Shown here: positions 24,526 to 37,676 of the stretch, in pieces
Numbering within the stretch: position 1 is the stretch's first letter
How the letters are laid out: each line of letters starts with the position of its first letter
Source of the DNA: Camelus ferus
Taxonomy: Eukaryota
Length of the DNA: 64,000 nt
Assembly (NCBI RefSeq): GCF_009834535.1
Contig: NC_045696.1
Span: 117,678,001-117,742,000 of the forward strand
Direction: 5' to 3'
Notes under the pieces: generated by a model
What the model was told of the DNA's origin: nothing
The model's database searches: none
The model's input: only the letters and a program-made list of their open reading frames with translations
Position numbers and translations under genes: made by a program

Positions 24526-25249
24526 ACTTTATACATCAATACTGACTATTATTTCCCTTCTCAGACACTGCATGAAAAAAATACAAGGGATTTACCTTCA
24601 TTCCTTATGAAATGTTGAATAAGTGGAGACCCACATTTTTTATTCTTGGACCCCAAATGCAAGCTTAGTTTATCCTGTCAGCAATGTTAAGTTGACAGAG
24701 ACTCACATGCATAAAATGCTATAGTTTTGTTACCAGGGGGAAGCTAGGAGGGAATTTATTTTGGGGCAATGTGTTTGAATTGGGACAAAACAAAACAAAA
24801 CAGCTTACCAGATAAATGAAGGGAAAAAAATAACCCTCTTTTTTATTCATATTTATTTCTGGAAGATAAGTGTGTGCAGGTGGGGCGGGGGATGAGCAAC
24901 AAGAATTTGAACGTATTCTTACACGTGTGAAATGAGGAATATTCACTCAGGAGCTGCCGGTTCCGGCAGGTGGTAAATGCTGGATGAAGAATCCAGGAAA
25001 GAATGTTTAAGGTTTGTATTTAGCAAACGACAGAGAGTACTATAAACGTATTCGTTCTAATTCACAAAAGTCTGTAATTCTTATGAAACACTCACTTTGG
25101 ATAAAGATGAATTATAATGCTGCATACTTTCTTCTAGGAGCGACTCAGATAGATAAATCAATTATGCACTACTGCAAAAACAAAGCTACTTAATTTCCCC
25201 CCAGTATCAGTGTAGTCAAAATAGATGCTCAGTACCTTACAATCACTTG

Positions 25250-25462
25250 TCTGTGTATCAGACAGACTTAGGTACAAATCCTGACTCAACTACTGGATAC
25301 GGTTTGAAGAAAGCTACCTAAATTTTCTAAGCCTCAGTTTCCTCACCTGAAATCGGAGGTAATCCTATTTGCACGATGGGGTTGATATGATGGTTAGAGA
25401 ATATAATTATGTGAAGTGCTTAGCATGTTAACAAGTGCTCAGTGAATTGTACATGCTGTTAC
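25250..25462 (+). mobile_element. MIR SINE
   Basis: cagacagacttaggtacaaatcctgactc...ctaagcctcagtttcctcacctg...aagtgcttagca...aagtgctcagtgaat. Confidence 0.8.
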
Positions 25463-26499
25463 AGTTTATTGTTATTCATCTTACTATTTCTAAACAATAA
25501 TTTCATTATAATGGAGCTTAATAGCTGTGGGTCCCCTCTCCCATGTTTCTTCTTGGATTTTCTTGACCCTGGTGAGTTCATATTTTTGAATGTGAATACT
25601 GAACTTTAAATTAGAGAAATTTCAATGAGAAATGTAAAAGGAAATTCTACTTGAATTCAAATCAAGTTGAATCTTTTCTTAAAAGAGGGGAGACAGAGAG
25701 AGAGAATCCAGTTCACTTAGAAAAATGCCAAAAACAAAGGAACCAAAAAGAAACCATAAATAACAGAAAGCCAAAAACTAAGATGCCTAGTACTTTGTCA
25801 GTGCTCAGTAAATGTTAGGTATCACTAGTGCGAAATGTTAGTGTTGAAAAACTTTGCATCAACATCAATAGAGAACAGTTGTTGGAAATAATAATACACA
25901 AAACCCTTTCTGCAACCACTTAACCCACCCAGTCTTAAACCGAAGATACAAGTAAAAAGTAAATAATGATACAATATAATTTCTATAATTGAATTGAGTT
26001 AATATTATATGTGCATTAATCTTTAGACCTTTCAGAAAATACAGCTGCTTTAGGCAACTCTAGAACATGCATAAAATGTATGAATCTAAAAGGTCTTTCC
26101 TACTTCTAAAAAGCTGTATTAATACAGGCTCTGAATTTCCATGCAAAGAAAACAGAAATCAGTACTTCAAGTTAAAATGTAAAGGCCCACCTACTCATAA
26201 ACTTGAAAAGCAACTTTTGTGCAGAAGAGATAATAAAAAAGCACAATTACAAAAATATTCAGAAACTAGTGATGACAACATTGTGTATCTGTTAACTGTG
26301 CATAATGTTTATTGTGTTATTTTTTTGTATCAAAATTAAACTTTAAAAAAAAAGCTAAAACTGATCATTCTTTCTTTTGTTATTTATAACTTTTCTTGTC
26401 CCCAATTATACTATTTTTTTCCTTGCTTTTTGCCCCTTTTTCTTTTTGATCAACTTTAGGGAAAAGGTTTAAAACTTGCACTTAATACATTTGTTTCTT

Positions 26500-28130
26500 T
26501 TTATAATAATTTTGAGATTTTGTTTTGAGATAATTTTAGGTTTAAGGAAGAATTTCAAAAACAGTGTTGAAGGTTGCTGAATATCAGTGATTTTGTGTAT
26601 ATATCAATCCTATCGGGAAGAACTGATACCTTAATAATACCGAGTCTTCCAATCCGCTTAATATATTTGTAGTTCTATTTTATTTGTAAGAAAGTCCACT
26701 TTATATGTGTGGCTGTAATATTATTTGGATCAGGAAGGTTTATGATTTTTATACTTTCTTTGTTAAATATACTTTTTATTAATGTAAAATGACCTTTCAA
26801 GACAAGTAACTCCTTTATCTGTTGTACTGAATTCTACTTTGTCTGATATTAGCCTTGCAATATTGTTTCCTTTGACTAGAATTCATTAAATACACCTTTT
26901 ATTTGGACTTCAATGTTTGATTGCACACTCTGTGTCAGTTTTTGATATATGTTATCATCACTAGTATATAGTTAGATTTTGATTTTGATCCACTGTAAGT
27001 CTTGGCTTTCCATGTGGGGATTTAATTTACTTATTTTTTTGTTACAGCTTAAATATTGGCTTTTAAATCTATCCCCTTACCTTGTGCAATCTATTTTAGC
27101 TTTCTTGTTTTTCCACTCTTTTTCTTACTTTTGCTATATAAATTATGTTTTCCTATTTTATCCTCTCCCAGGTGTGTAAAGAGAGATTCTGATTTTAATT
27201 ATATCATTGGCTATATTTAACAGTTTCAAAATAAATCTTTAACCTCTATTTCTCTGATTTTCAACAACCTCAGTGAAACAACAAATTTTGAGTTTTCCCC
27301 CACCTCTTTGTAAGTAAAAGAGTTCAGGACACTTTCTTTCCTATACCTTACTTCTCAATTTTTTTTCTTTTTTCTTTTTTTTTTTTTTCTTAGATATCTT
27401 TTTTTTTTTTTAATTGAAGTGTAATCAGTTTACAATTTTCCATCAATTTCTGGTGCACAGCATCATGTTTCAGTCATACATACACATACACATATTCCTT
27501 TTCATATGCTTTTTCATTACAGGTTACTATAAGCTATTGAATATAGTTCCCTGTGCTAGACAAGAAACCTGCTGTTTACCTATTTTATGTATAGTAGCTT
27601 GTATTTGCGAATCTCAAGCCCAATTTATCCCTTCCCATCCTCTTTCCCCCCATTCTTACTATAATCATGGAGTTTTAGAAGCTCATTATTATACTTTTTT
27701 TTCAGTTACTGGGTATTGTCAGTTTTGAAAACAATTCTTGACAATTTTAACCATTTAATAATCAGTTCATTAATAGCTAATTATCAATAATTATTTTATT
27801 AATAACATTGTCATGCTTCATATTTATTGATACAGGTAACTGGCAGTGCTTACTCCCTTTTGTATCCATCTCTCCCTTTCCTGCAGCTTTGTGTTTATTC
27901 ACTAAGTTCTTTGGAAAATATCACTAATTTTTTTCCAAGAAGGACATATGGGTGGTATATTTTAAGAACTCTTGGATATCGGAGACTATCTTGGCTCTGG
28001 ATAAAATCAAGTCATCGAGTCAGAATATTTTCTCCAAATTCAGTTGATATTCCTTTACCAATCTTCCACATAGTGCTGTAGAAGAGAAGTCTAAGGCTAT
28101 TTTTATTTTTGTTTTCCCAAGTAACTTTTA
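26500..28130 (-). mobile_element. Highly diverged ancient L1 (L1ME-like) fragments
   Basis: T-rich antisense L1-like blocks (ttaataataccgagtcttccaatcc; attctactttgtctgatatt). Boundaries are approximate and a younger L1 tail is nested inside. Confidence 0.5.
27395..27652 (-). mobile_element. Lineage-specific L1 3' end
   Basis: ttttaattgaagtgtaatcagtttacaa...attgaatatagttccctgtgcta...tttatcccttccca, with a long T tract on the left. Confidence 0.85.
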
Positions 28131-28251
28131 GGTAGAGTGCCTGTTTATTATGAGCATATAACTATTTTTCATGTATCTTATATATATGAAATTATATATA
28201 ATAATTTTTGCATTCACATATAAGTTCATAATTCAAAAATGGTAACAGAGC

Positions 28252-29235
28252 ACATTAGCTGTCTATTGCTGTATAAAAAATTACCCACCCCGATTTAGTA
28301 GCTTAAAACTACAAACATCTGTTACCATTGCTGTGGGTCAGAGTCTAGCAGAGGCTTAGCTGGGTGCTTTTGACTTGGTGTCACTGATGACGCGCAGCCC
28401 AGTTGCCAGCCGGGGCTGCAGGCATCTGAAGGCTTGCCTGGGGCTGGAGCATCCAAGCAGATCATGGCTGCTGGCTGGTGACTGGAAGTCTCAGCTCCTT
28501 TCTGGGAGTCATCAGGATGCATCCGTTCCTAACCACAGGTACCTCTCTGTAGGGCTGTTCAGCCTGTGGCAGCTGACTTCCCCCAAAACAAGTGATGAGA
28601 GAGAAGGGTGGGGCCGGGGCATGGAGAGAGAGAGAAAACAGGAAGCTCTGGTGCCTTTTAAGTCCTAGTCTCTAAGTCATACTCTGCCATTTCCACTTTA
28701 TTTTATTTGTTTGTTAGAAGCAAGTCACTTAGAAGTAAGCCAGAAAGAGAAAGAATAATACCATACGATATCACTCATATATGAAATAAAAAAAAAAAAA
28801 AGAGGACACTAATGAATTCATCTACAAAACAGAAACAGACTTGCTGACATAGCAAACAATCTATGGTTATGGGGGAAAAGGGGTGGGAAGGGATAAATCT
28901 GGGAGTTTGAGATCTGCAAATCTTAGCCACTGTATATAAAAATGGATTAAAAAAAACCCCCAAAACTCAAGTTTCTTCCGTACAGCACAGGAAACTATAT
29001 TCAATATCTTGTAGTAACCTTTAATGAAAAAGATATGAAAATGAATATATGTATGTACATGCATCACGGGGACATTGTGTTGTACACCAGAAATGATACA
29101 TTGTAACTGAGTATACTTCAATTAAAAAAATAATAATATTAATAAAAGAGAGAGAGAAAAAAAGGGAAGCAAGTCACTTAATCTGGTCCACACTGAAGGG
29201 AAAGGGAATTAAGATCCACCTCTTGAAGAGAGCTT
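28252..29235 (-). mobile_element. MaLR LTR (MLT1F/G/H-like), split by an L1 insertion
   Basis: attagctgtctattgctgtat...tttagtagcttaaaac; LTR sequence resumes after the L1 (agggaaagggaattaagatccacctcttga). Confidence 0.75.
28732..29165 (+). mobile_element. Lineage-specific L1 3' end
   Basis: gaagtaagccagaaagagaaaga...tatacttcaatt plus A-rich tail. Perfect 15-bp TSD gaagcaagtcactta (28717-28731 / 29166-29180). Confidence 0.92.
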
Positions 29236-31039
29236 TTTCTCTGCTGTGACACAGGGCATAACATTTTCACAAGGCATCTTTGGAGAGCACAGTCAATGAC
29301 AAGCAACATACAATAGTGGTCCAGCTCCCTAAATAACAATCACCAGACAAAGCGGACACCCTCTCCCATGTGCACAAATCTGCACAGAAAAGTACTAACC
29401 TTTTAGACTTGGACTCATGTACTTTAACTACAAGAGAATGAGAGGGCTTTCTTTTTTTTTAAATCATCGCACAGAATAAGCCATTTGAGGGTATGATTTC
29501 ACTGAATTTTCCCCTGCAAATTATCAGCCTAATACTTCCTAATTTTTATTTTGTTTGCAAAGTTGTTTTCAATCATTTCTTTGGTATTTTCTTCAGTTGC
29601 ATTTGCTCTAGCTTTTCTGCACGAATTCTAATTATTCTACAGTATTTATTTCAGCTTTCTATCCTCTTTGTATCTGGCAACTTTGATGTCTGTGTTCATC
29701 TGTCTGCTTTTCCTTTGTAATTTGGTAAAGGATCCCCAGTTTGTGGTTGACATCAGTTCTTCTCCTTAGGCCTCCAATAGCCCCTTCAACTTTTAATTTC
29801 TCTACAGTCCGGCATACCATCCACCTCTATTTTTAGTTCTTGCTGTTGGCTTTTCATGACAACTTGTTGGCTTTCTTCCTGGGTTATTCTCACCATACAC
29901 ATTTCAGCTCCTCTTCATTGAAGTAATTTTTCCTTTTATCAGTCAAAGATGCCAAAGAGTTTTATGAATTTTTTTTTCTGAACTAGCAGTTGATCATTTT
30001 CATAGTTACGCTCCTCATCAGAATTGTGCACTTTGCATTTTCTCATAGGCTGACTGGTGTTGCTTTTCACTTTTGTTATAAGCTTAGCATAGATCCACAT
30101 GTGGCTTCCCTTGCTTCTGTCCACTTGCGCGATGGTGACTTTTTTTAAAAAAAACTTATCATGACAACTAAAGGGCAACTTGATGCGTTTACTCCAAGTT
30201 CAACACCTAACTTCTAGAAAGTACTCATCTATTGCAGCTCTGCTTTATTGAGATGTCAGCTACTAATGCTAATGTCTGGCTTTATGACGCTGTCAACATG
30301 CAGAATGCTTGGAATCTGTCTACTCTTTGATGCACGTCTCTCAGCACCCTCCTTACCTCTGTGCTCCTGACTTACAGAGTTTGCTTTGGGAACTGCAACA
30401 TCCCTTAGGATGGGAGGCGTTACCACCAGCATCCCATTTGTTCTATCCCTTTTCGTTCTGGGCATAGCTGTCTCTGTAGTGGTGAAGAATAATGTGGTAT
30501 TGAAAAGAAGGACGCACATTGTTAAGAAGCAACAGGGCTAGTGCAAAGAATAGCTTCTAAGTTTCTGCTGGGTGAAGATCTTGGATTCTGAGTAGGGGAC
30601 AAACAGTGGGAGAATGTACAGTATCATATCTTTTTTTTTTTTTTGCCCCCAAGTGGTATCTGTTTCATAGGGATGAAGATTAGGCATTTCAGGAGATGAA
30701 ATTTAAAGAGTGTTTTGTTTGCTCAGCTTTTTGTCTTAAAATAGCATTGACTCCTTTCAGGTTCTTGCATTAAATTGTTTGTGAATCACAGAATTCTGGT
30801 GAGTTTTTGTTGTTCTCTGCCCTTTACAGTTATTTTCCTTGAAAATTAGATGAAGTTTTATTGTGGTGACCAGCCAGGATGGCATTTTAGCCTGGAAATT
30901 TCTCTTGGCATTATTTATATTAGTGAAAAAAAAAAAAAGGAAATACTTTGAATGCCGAGCAATAGGGACAAACACAATAAATTATGTCATATGTCTGAGA
31001 AAGAACACTTTGTAGTCTTTAGAAATTACCTTGTTGAAG

Positions 31040-31295
31040 TACATTTAATGGCAGAGGGAAATGCCCACAGTTTATCATTTGGCAAAAAGAATTACAGAAC
31101 AGTATATGCAACGTGGCTCCAATTTCATAAAACAGCCAAAAAGGGAAAACAAAAAAAAAAAACCCAGGAAAGATCTATAATGTAACATTCACAGAGGTCC
31201 TCTGGACAGTGGAACTAGGGGTAACGTCTATGTTTTATTTTGAAGGTGTTTTCTTTTTAAATTTTAGGCTAAAATATGTATTACTTATTAAAATA
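31040..31295 (+). mobile_element. Ancient L1ME 3' end fragment
   Basis: aaaagaattacagaacagtatatg...ctctggacagtggaactagggg...tatgtattactt. Confidence 0.5.
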
Positions 31296-31564
31296 AGGAA
31301 AACAATTTTTAATTAGTTTCCTTATTTTATAGTTTATAACTGCAAGTTAGTTATTTTCAAAGGTGTTACCTTTAAGGATTAATATAGTATCCATAGTGGT
31401 GTGGTGGTGGGAAAGGAAATGTACTCTCAGGGATAGAGGGAAAAGGCCCTAAGAGCAAAGATATGTGAGAACCAGAGCATTCTATATTTAATGACACTAG
31501 CTAGGTATGGATTTATTGTCCTTCAAAGTAATTGATATATAAAATTATAACATATATACGTGTA

Positions 31565-31597
31565 TACACACACACACACACACATACACACAGACAC
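31565..31597. repeat. (CA)n microsatellite
   Basis: Visible dinucleotide run. Confidence 0.9.
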
Positions 31598-31701
31598 TGA
31601 GTGTGTCTTCTAGAACTGATTTGAAGGTAACTGATTGCCACTTTAATAGGATGCTGGTATCTTACATCCATGAGAGGACAATAATGGAGTAAATCTATAG
31701 C

Positions 31702-31880
31702 CGGGTGGTTCTCAAAGTGTGGTCCTTGGACCAGCAGTGACAGCATCTCTTGGGCTCATAGTACAAATGCAAATCCTCAAGCTCCACCTCGGGGCTGGAA
31801 CTACTGAATCAGAAATTCACCCTGTGTTTTAAGAAGCCCTCCAGATGACTCTGATATATACACCTTTGAAAGTCACAGCT
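31702..31880. mobile_element. MER5A hAT-Charlie element
   Basis: gtggttctcaaagtgtggtccttggaccagcag...aaatgcaaat...tactgaatcagaaa...aagccctccagatgactctgat. Confidence 0.85.
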
Positions 31881-32686
31881 CAGGATATTAATTAACACCC
31901 ACTGAAGTGGGCATTGTCAAGCGAAAAGAAGCCTTTTATAAGTATGGTCATGAAGAACCGAAAACACTCTGAGAGGCAGAAGCAGCTCTGATACTCAGCT
32001 AGATACCTGCTCAGAAGACGTGATCTATCACAAGTGTCTGATGGAACAATAGGAAAGTGAGAACTCAGCCTTACTTCTTCCGGGGCTCTGTTGTTCCACA
32101 TGTATTTATTGTAGAAAATAAAAGTTTAAAACATCACGTGTACTATAAACTTCTTGTGAACCCGTCAGCTTAACTCATATACCATTGTTTTGTGAGAGCT
32201 GACAGAGGCCCAGAAACATGCTACCCTGTGCTTCAGCGGAAATAGCTTGCCATCTCTCCCTCCCTGGGGAGGGGGGTGCTGATGCTGCCACGCCAAGTCT
32301 AAGGTCACGTGTGGGACCGCAGCACTTAGTCGGGGAGATTTGGGAGTAAAGATAAAAGGCCCCAGAGCTCAGAGAACCTGAGTCCGGCCGGCCCCGCCCA
32401 GTCTCCCTTCGTCTCCCTTCCTTCTTCTACATGGTTAACATGATGGAGGGGCTTGGGCCATGTTCCTGGGGATGCTGGGACTGAGAGGATTTGACACGGT
32501 GCTGTAAACTTTTAGGGAAGAGGTTTCCTCCACTTGCTTACTTGTGGTATCCTTTGCTGGCAAGTGGGCTGTGTAATGACGTATGTGACTGGGATGTGGG
32601 TGCTGGTCCAGGTGAAAGGGTCCAAGCAGGGCACTTGCCTCAGGCTTACACGTAGCCCAGGTGCTGGGAGTCCTTTTCTTCTTAGA

Positions 32687-33089
32687 AGGGTTGCCGGGTT
32701 TAGCAAAAACCAAACCAAACCAAACCAAACCAACAAACAGAAAAACCCAGTGCACAGGTAAATTTAAATTTTGGATAAGCAATCAATATTTTTAGTATAA
32801 ATATGGTCTATTCAATACTTCGGACTTACATAGTATATTGCATGCATTATTTTAGTATATGATATTTAATATATATAATACTTTGTATGTTATTGTGGTA
32901 TATAGTTAATATTTCATTATATTGTGTGTCTACATGTCTTTTCTCACACGATTAGCTGTTTTGGTGGGGTTATGGATTATACTTTACATTCCTAGTATGC
33001 AATCTTTGGGACATACTTACCCTAAAAGATGATCTATTTATCTAAAATTCAAATTTAACTGGGTGCCCTATATTTTATCTGGCAACCCT
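32687..33089. mobile_element. MER53-like palindromic hAT element with an expanded interior
   Basis: TIRs agggttgcc / ggcaaccct; arms aaatttaaattttggataa / ttatctaaaattcaaattt; gggacatactta. Confidence 0.8.
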
Positions 33090-34745
33090 CCTAGGTAAGC
33101 TTGGCTAAGCGGGAGGCTCCATGAGGATCTGGGACAAAAGCCCTACAAGAAAAACAAAGATTTTGCTTGAATGCTGTCCTCCTGGCCTGGTAACAGGCGC
33201 CTGGCTGTGAACTGGGGGTGTTCAGTGTTCCTGTACCCACCTCATCCTGACACTATCTCAGCCCAGCTGACAAAGAGCGGCTATACACCAGACTGGCTAG
33301 AGAGTTGTCACTGTTTTTCTTCTTGAATAATTCGAAATTTCTCAAGGATGTTCAAAAGGGGCGAGGGGGTGGGACGCGGTCTTCTGCATGCCCCATGATG
33401 AATTTCTTATGAGAAATGTATTTTCCTGGCTCAGTCAAAGCAGAAGACACCATCTCGTTTCCTGTGCATGCAGCTTCCAAACAGCAGTAAGAGCGTACTG
33501 ATCAATAGGTCCTGATCTCCGGGGTTCACAGCCACACGCAGCCAGGAGCTCAGAAAAGCAGTTCTGATTCAAATTTGGTTTTTACTTTCCTGCTTCAATG
33601 GTAGTTCAGGGAACCAATTTTGCTACCGAATTTTTTTTTTTTTTTTTTTTTTTTTTGTCAATAAGAAGAAAGGCCATTTTATTAAAAAAACAAAAAACAA
33701 AAACCAAGTCTGAAGATGATCAAAGAAGGTTAAAGGAACTTGTCTTGTGTTCCCCAGCTTGGTCTGTTTGTCAGTCTGGGAGCACGGCTCTGTGCAAAGG
33801 CTTTGTGTGCTGCTGGCTTTCAGCTGGGGAAGTTGTGTGTGAGCGATGGCTCCTCTCCCAGGTGAGAACAGGTGTACACCACTTTAAATTTCCCGTGGAT
33901 CTGATTGCATCATTTGTTATATTATCCAACATAATGACATGAAATACGTAAATAATAAAATGCCAGTTGCCTGCTGAAAATTTAAAGTGGCAGATTCTCT
34001 TTCTTCCGTCGGAGCGGCTGCTGTCAGTTGATGGAGTTTTCACCGCTGAAAAATGATGCTGAAGGGGGCCTCAAGGGAAAACTTACTCCTCTGGCTGAGA
34101 AAGCGAATACAAAAAGGAACGGCAGGACATCACCCCTTCTCCGCTCTGCACCACCGCCCTCTCTTGCTGCAGTTATCATATGTTTAACAAAACAAGTTCC
34201 CTTTAAGCAGCATTTAAATTGTAAGACAATGGAAAGGAGTGTGTTCAAAGGTGAAATGCTCTGCTCTAAATCACGTGAAAGAGATACCACCATTTTCCAC
34301 TATGTTTTTGAAAAATATACATGGTCACTTTTGCTTGTCCTTTTATCCAAGTGTCAACTGGGTAGGTAAGTGTTTGTATTGGATGGAATCCTTAGCACAA
34401 ATGCAAAGCGGAAGAGGCTGATTAAACATTTCCCATGGATTTGGGATCTCAAGGCAAACCCCGCCCAACCATTCCACATACTGTTTGTCTTGCTCCCTGG
34501 GTTCCTTACAATCCAAGAATTTCCCCCCCTAAACTTGAGTAACGTTATCAGCAGATTTCCATCTGCAGCCTAAACAAAATAAACCACAATTTTTAAAGTT
34601 CAGTTGGAGTCAACACAAATGCACCAAACACCCATTCTGGAAGCTTCCTGTGAGTTGCAAAGAGCTCAACAGTGAGTAAAATATGGTTTCTTCTCCCAAG
34701 GCCCTTATGGTCTGGCAGATCATTTTAGTAGGAATTCATCTACAT

Positions 34746-34787
34746 TGTCATCTATAATGTCGTCTATAATACCATCTATAATGTCAT
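34746..34787. repeat. 12-bp tandem repeat, ~3.5 copies
   Basis: tgtcatctataa tgtcgtctataa taccatctataa tgtcat. Confidence 0.85.
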
Positions 34788-35734
34788 TTGCAACCAAGAG
34801 ATGAATCATGAAGAAGCCTGCAGGAAACGACCTTTCTTTACCTTCAAATTCCTTTTTAAAAAAGCACAAAGGTGTAATCTTTACACCTGCTCTGTAACCG
34901 TTAGTGCAGAAGTGACAACTGGCTCATCAAATGCCTCTACATAGTGACACTGGGACAAAAGTTGTAAGGGATAAATAAGCCAATGGACCATGAGAAGAAA
35001 TATCCCATAAGCAAACTACCATTTGTCCTGATCAATATAGCTGGGCTTCCAGTTCTGGGCCGACAAAGAGGAGATGCACAGAATACATTCTGGAGGCCTT
35101 ACAGGAGACATAAACAGTGTGGTGAAGGACTTAACAGGGGATTTGGCTATAGTGCAGTTGCCCGTGTGTTGATTGAGGAAGGGATGCCAACACCACACAC
35201 AGCTCTGAGACTTGCCAGCTCCAAGTATTATCTGCTTATGAATTAAGAATGCCTTTTGATGGAGCTCTGCTAATTTGCCTAAAGGAATGAGGGTGAGAGC
35301 TAGAAAAATGGAAGCATCTCCACCAGCGAGACATTGATGACCTCAGCCATCGGTAAGTTGGAGTCCTCTATGTCTGTGGTGGGAGAAACATGATGTATTT
35401 TTATTGTTACTGTTTGGGGCTGTGTTTTGGATGGTACACCGTCTGACTATAACTATTCTGCCTTGAAATTTGTCATTTGCAGCAATAGTGAAAATGGGTT
35501 TTTGAGATGTTGTTCAGAACGATCATGGTGCATTATGCTTGTTTCTCGTTCATATGCGTTAGCATCCCTTCTGTGCTTTGTCTGCCCTCTCCCTTTCCTC
35601 CACTTTCAACTTATTTCCTCTTGGGCATGAGAGTGGAAACGTATTGCAAACTGAGGATGGCCTAAAAGTATGAATCTGGATTAATGAGATGTAAATAATA
35701 TTTCCCCCCAAATTGAAAAGTTATACAAAATTCC

Positions 35735-35880
35735 ATTATAGTTGTCTGTGTGTGTCTTACCTCATTTGTGAGTGTTTTGAGGGCATGGATCTTACTTTAT
35801 ACCTCTAGGAATCCTCTATACTACCTTGAACACAACAGATGCTCCCTGATCATAACTGGATAAATGAACACATGAATAAT
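35735..35880 (+). mobile_element. L2 3' end
   Basis: tgtgagtgttttgagggcatgga...cacaacagatgctc...taaatgaacacatgaat. Confidence 0.6.
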
Positions 35881-36269
35881 TCTAGAGAAACAGGAGAGAA
35901 TTGCTCACAGACCTGTTGCAAAATGATGCGTAACACCACGCGTTGTCTGTGGACTGGAGATAGACAAATGAAGGGTCAGAAATATCAAAAATATCTGTGC
36001 CTGTAACAAATAGTGCTTTCTCGTTTCAAACCTGCCTAATGAATCACTATTTCATTGTAACAGATCTCAAGTTTGCCATCAACATGGTAGGCCATCATCT
36101 CAAGTTTATAGGATGAGCTGATCTTTTCCCTCAAGCCCTGCTTCTATTTGCTTTTGGTCTTTCCATTCAAAGACTGACATTCCATAGTCTGAGGTGAGAG
36201 CTACAGAACTCGTTCTGATATGTTCGGCTGTTAGAGGCCAGACAGCTAGAAAATAAACTAGTTAAGCCA

Positions 36270-36410
36270 AAGGTTTAAGCCTTGAAATTCAGCTCTTCTA
36301 CTTGCTGGCAACTTGACCTTGGCTCTCATTTCTCTCTTCTATAAATGAGGGAAAGTAGTTGTGAGCAATAAGTTAGATAAATGAGTATAAAGCATATGAC
36401 ACATAGTAAG
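36270..36410 (+). mobile_element. MIR fragment
   Basis: aaattcagctcttctactt...tgaccttgg...ctataaatgaggg. Confidence 0.55.
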
Positions 36411-37384
36411 ATCTTTTGGGTAATAAAGTTGTAGACTACTTGGGCAGAGGGGATTATTTTTCCTGATGAAAGTTGGAAGTAAATTTTGAGCTTTAAGGGG
36501 GAGCCGGGAGTGTTTTCTTTTTGTTTTGTTTTAGGCACAGAAACAAGGGAATGAGGTTCTAGACAGAGGAAATAGCACGAGCAAAGGCACTGGGGTTAGA
36601 AAATACAGATATGTTCAGGAGTCAGAAGACCATCCACCTATGGTCCATTGGTGGCCCCTGAACCATAGTAGAGAGCACACAGGATGGGGAGGAGGACACT
36701 CAGAGCCGTGGACTTGTTCGTAGCACAGATGACGTTAGAACCTGCCTCTTGACTCCCAGTGAGTGATTTCCTCAACAAATACCAATCTTCCTGAAGCTAG
36801 AATTGAAATTTCCAGCAGTTTTCAGTATCTTTCAGAAGCTGAAATGCAGTCTACATCAATTGCTGGGTAGAGGATCTTTATTCAAGCCCTTGAAAGCCAG
36901 GAGCCTACCTGTTCTGGGTGAAGATTAAAGCCTTCTCAGTGTGCCCTGACAATGAGGCAGATGTTGCTGCCAAAATTTTTAGACAGAATTCAGAGACCTG
37001 CTAAGAATCCTGAGCAGCTGAGCAGTTACTCTCCACATAGGCTATTCGTCACCCCCCAGACACATCTCTAAATGCCCTGGGACGAAGTTTACTCTTCGAG
37101 CTCACGCAATTCCAACAGCAGCTGTTGGTGGACGGTTACTTAGTAATTGTGACTTCAAGAAGTGCAGTGGGGTCCTCAGTGAGTGGACCGACCTATTTAT
37201 AGACAGGAAGCCCAGCGTTACTGTCGTGCTTTGGGAAAATTATGGTTCTACCCATAATGACTTCTTACTTTCCATTACGTTTGGTGAAAGGGAAGTAAGA
37301 ACTGTATGTTTTTTAACTTGGTTTTTGGATTGACTGGGCAGGAGTGCACTGATTGATTAGCATCAAATGTTCAACAGCACATAG

Positions 37385-37470
37385 ACACCTAGCATCTGGC
37401 AGGTACTCAGTGACATATGTTAGGCATGTTTTCAATCAGTATCTGTTGAATGAATGAATGAATGAGTGAA
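37385..37470 (+). mobile_element. L2 3' tail
   Basis: caggtactcagt...tatctgttgaatgaatgaatgaatga. Confidence 0.65.
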
Positions 37471-37490
37471 ATCAGCCAAACTATATTTTT

Positions 37491-37676
37491 TAGCTGAAGT
37501 ACAGTCAGTGTTGTGTCAGTTTCTGGTGTACAACATCACGTTTCAGTCACACATACGCATACATGTTTTCGTATTCTTTTTCATTATAGGTTACTATAAG
37601 ATATTCAATGTAGTTCCCTGTGCTGTACAGTAGAAACTTGTTGTTTATCTATTTTATATACAGCAGTGTTTATCTA
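37491..37676 (-). mobile_element. Lineage-specific L1 3' end (short)
   Basis: gaagtacagtcagtgttgtgtcagtttctggtgtaca...tagttccctgtgctgtacagtagaa. Degenerate TSD aaactatattttt / aagccatattttt (11/13), followed by AA. Confidence 0.85.
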
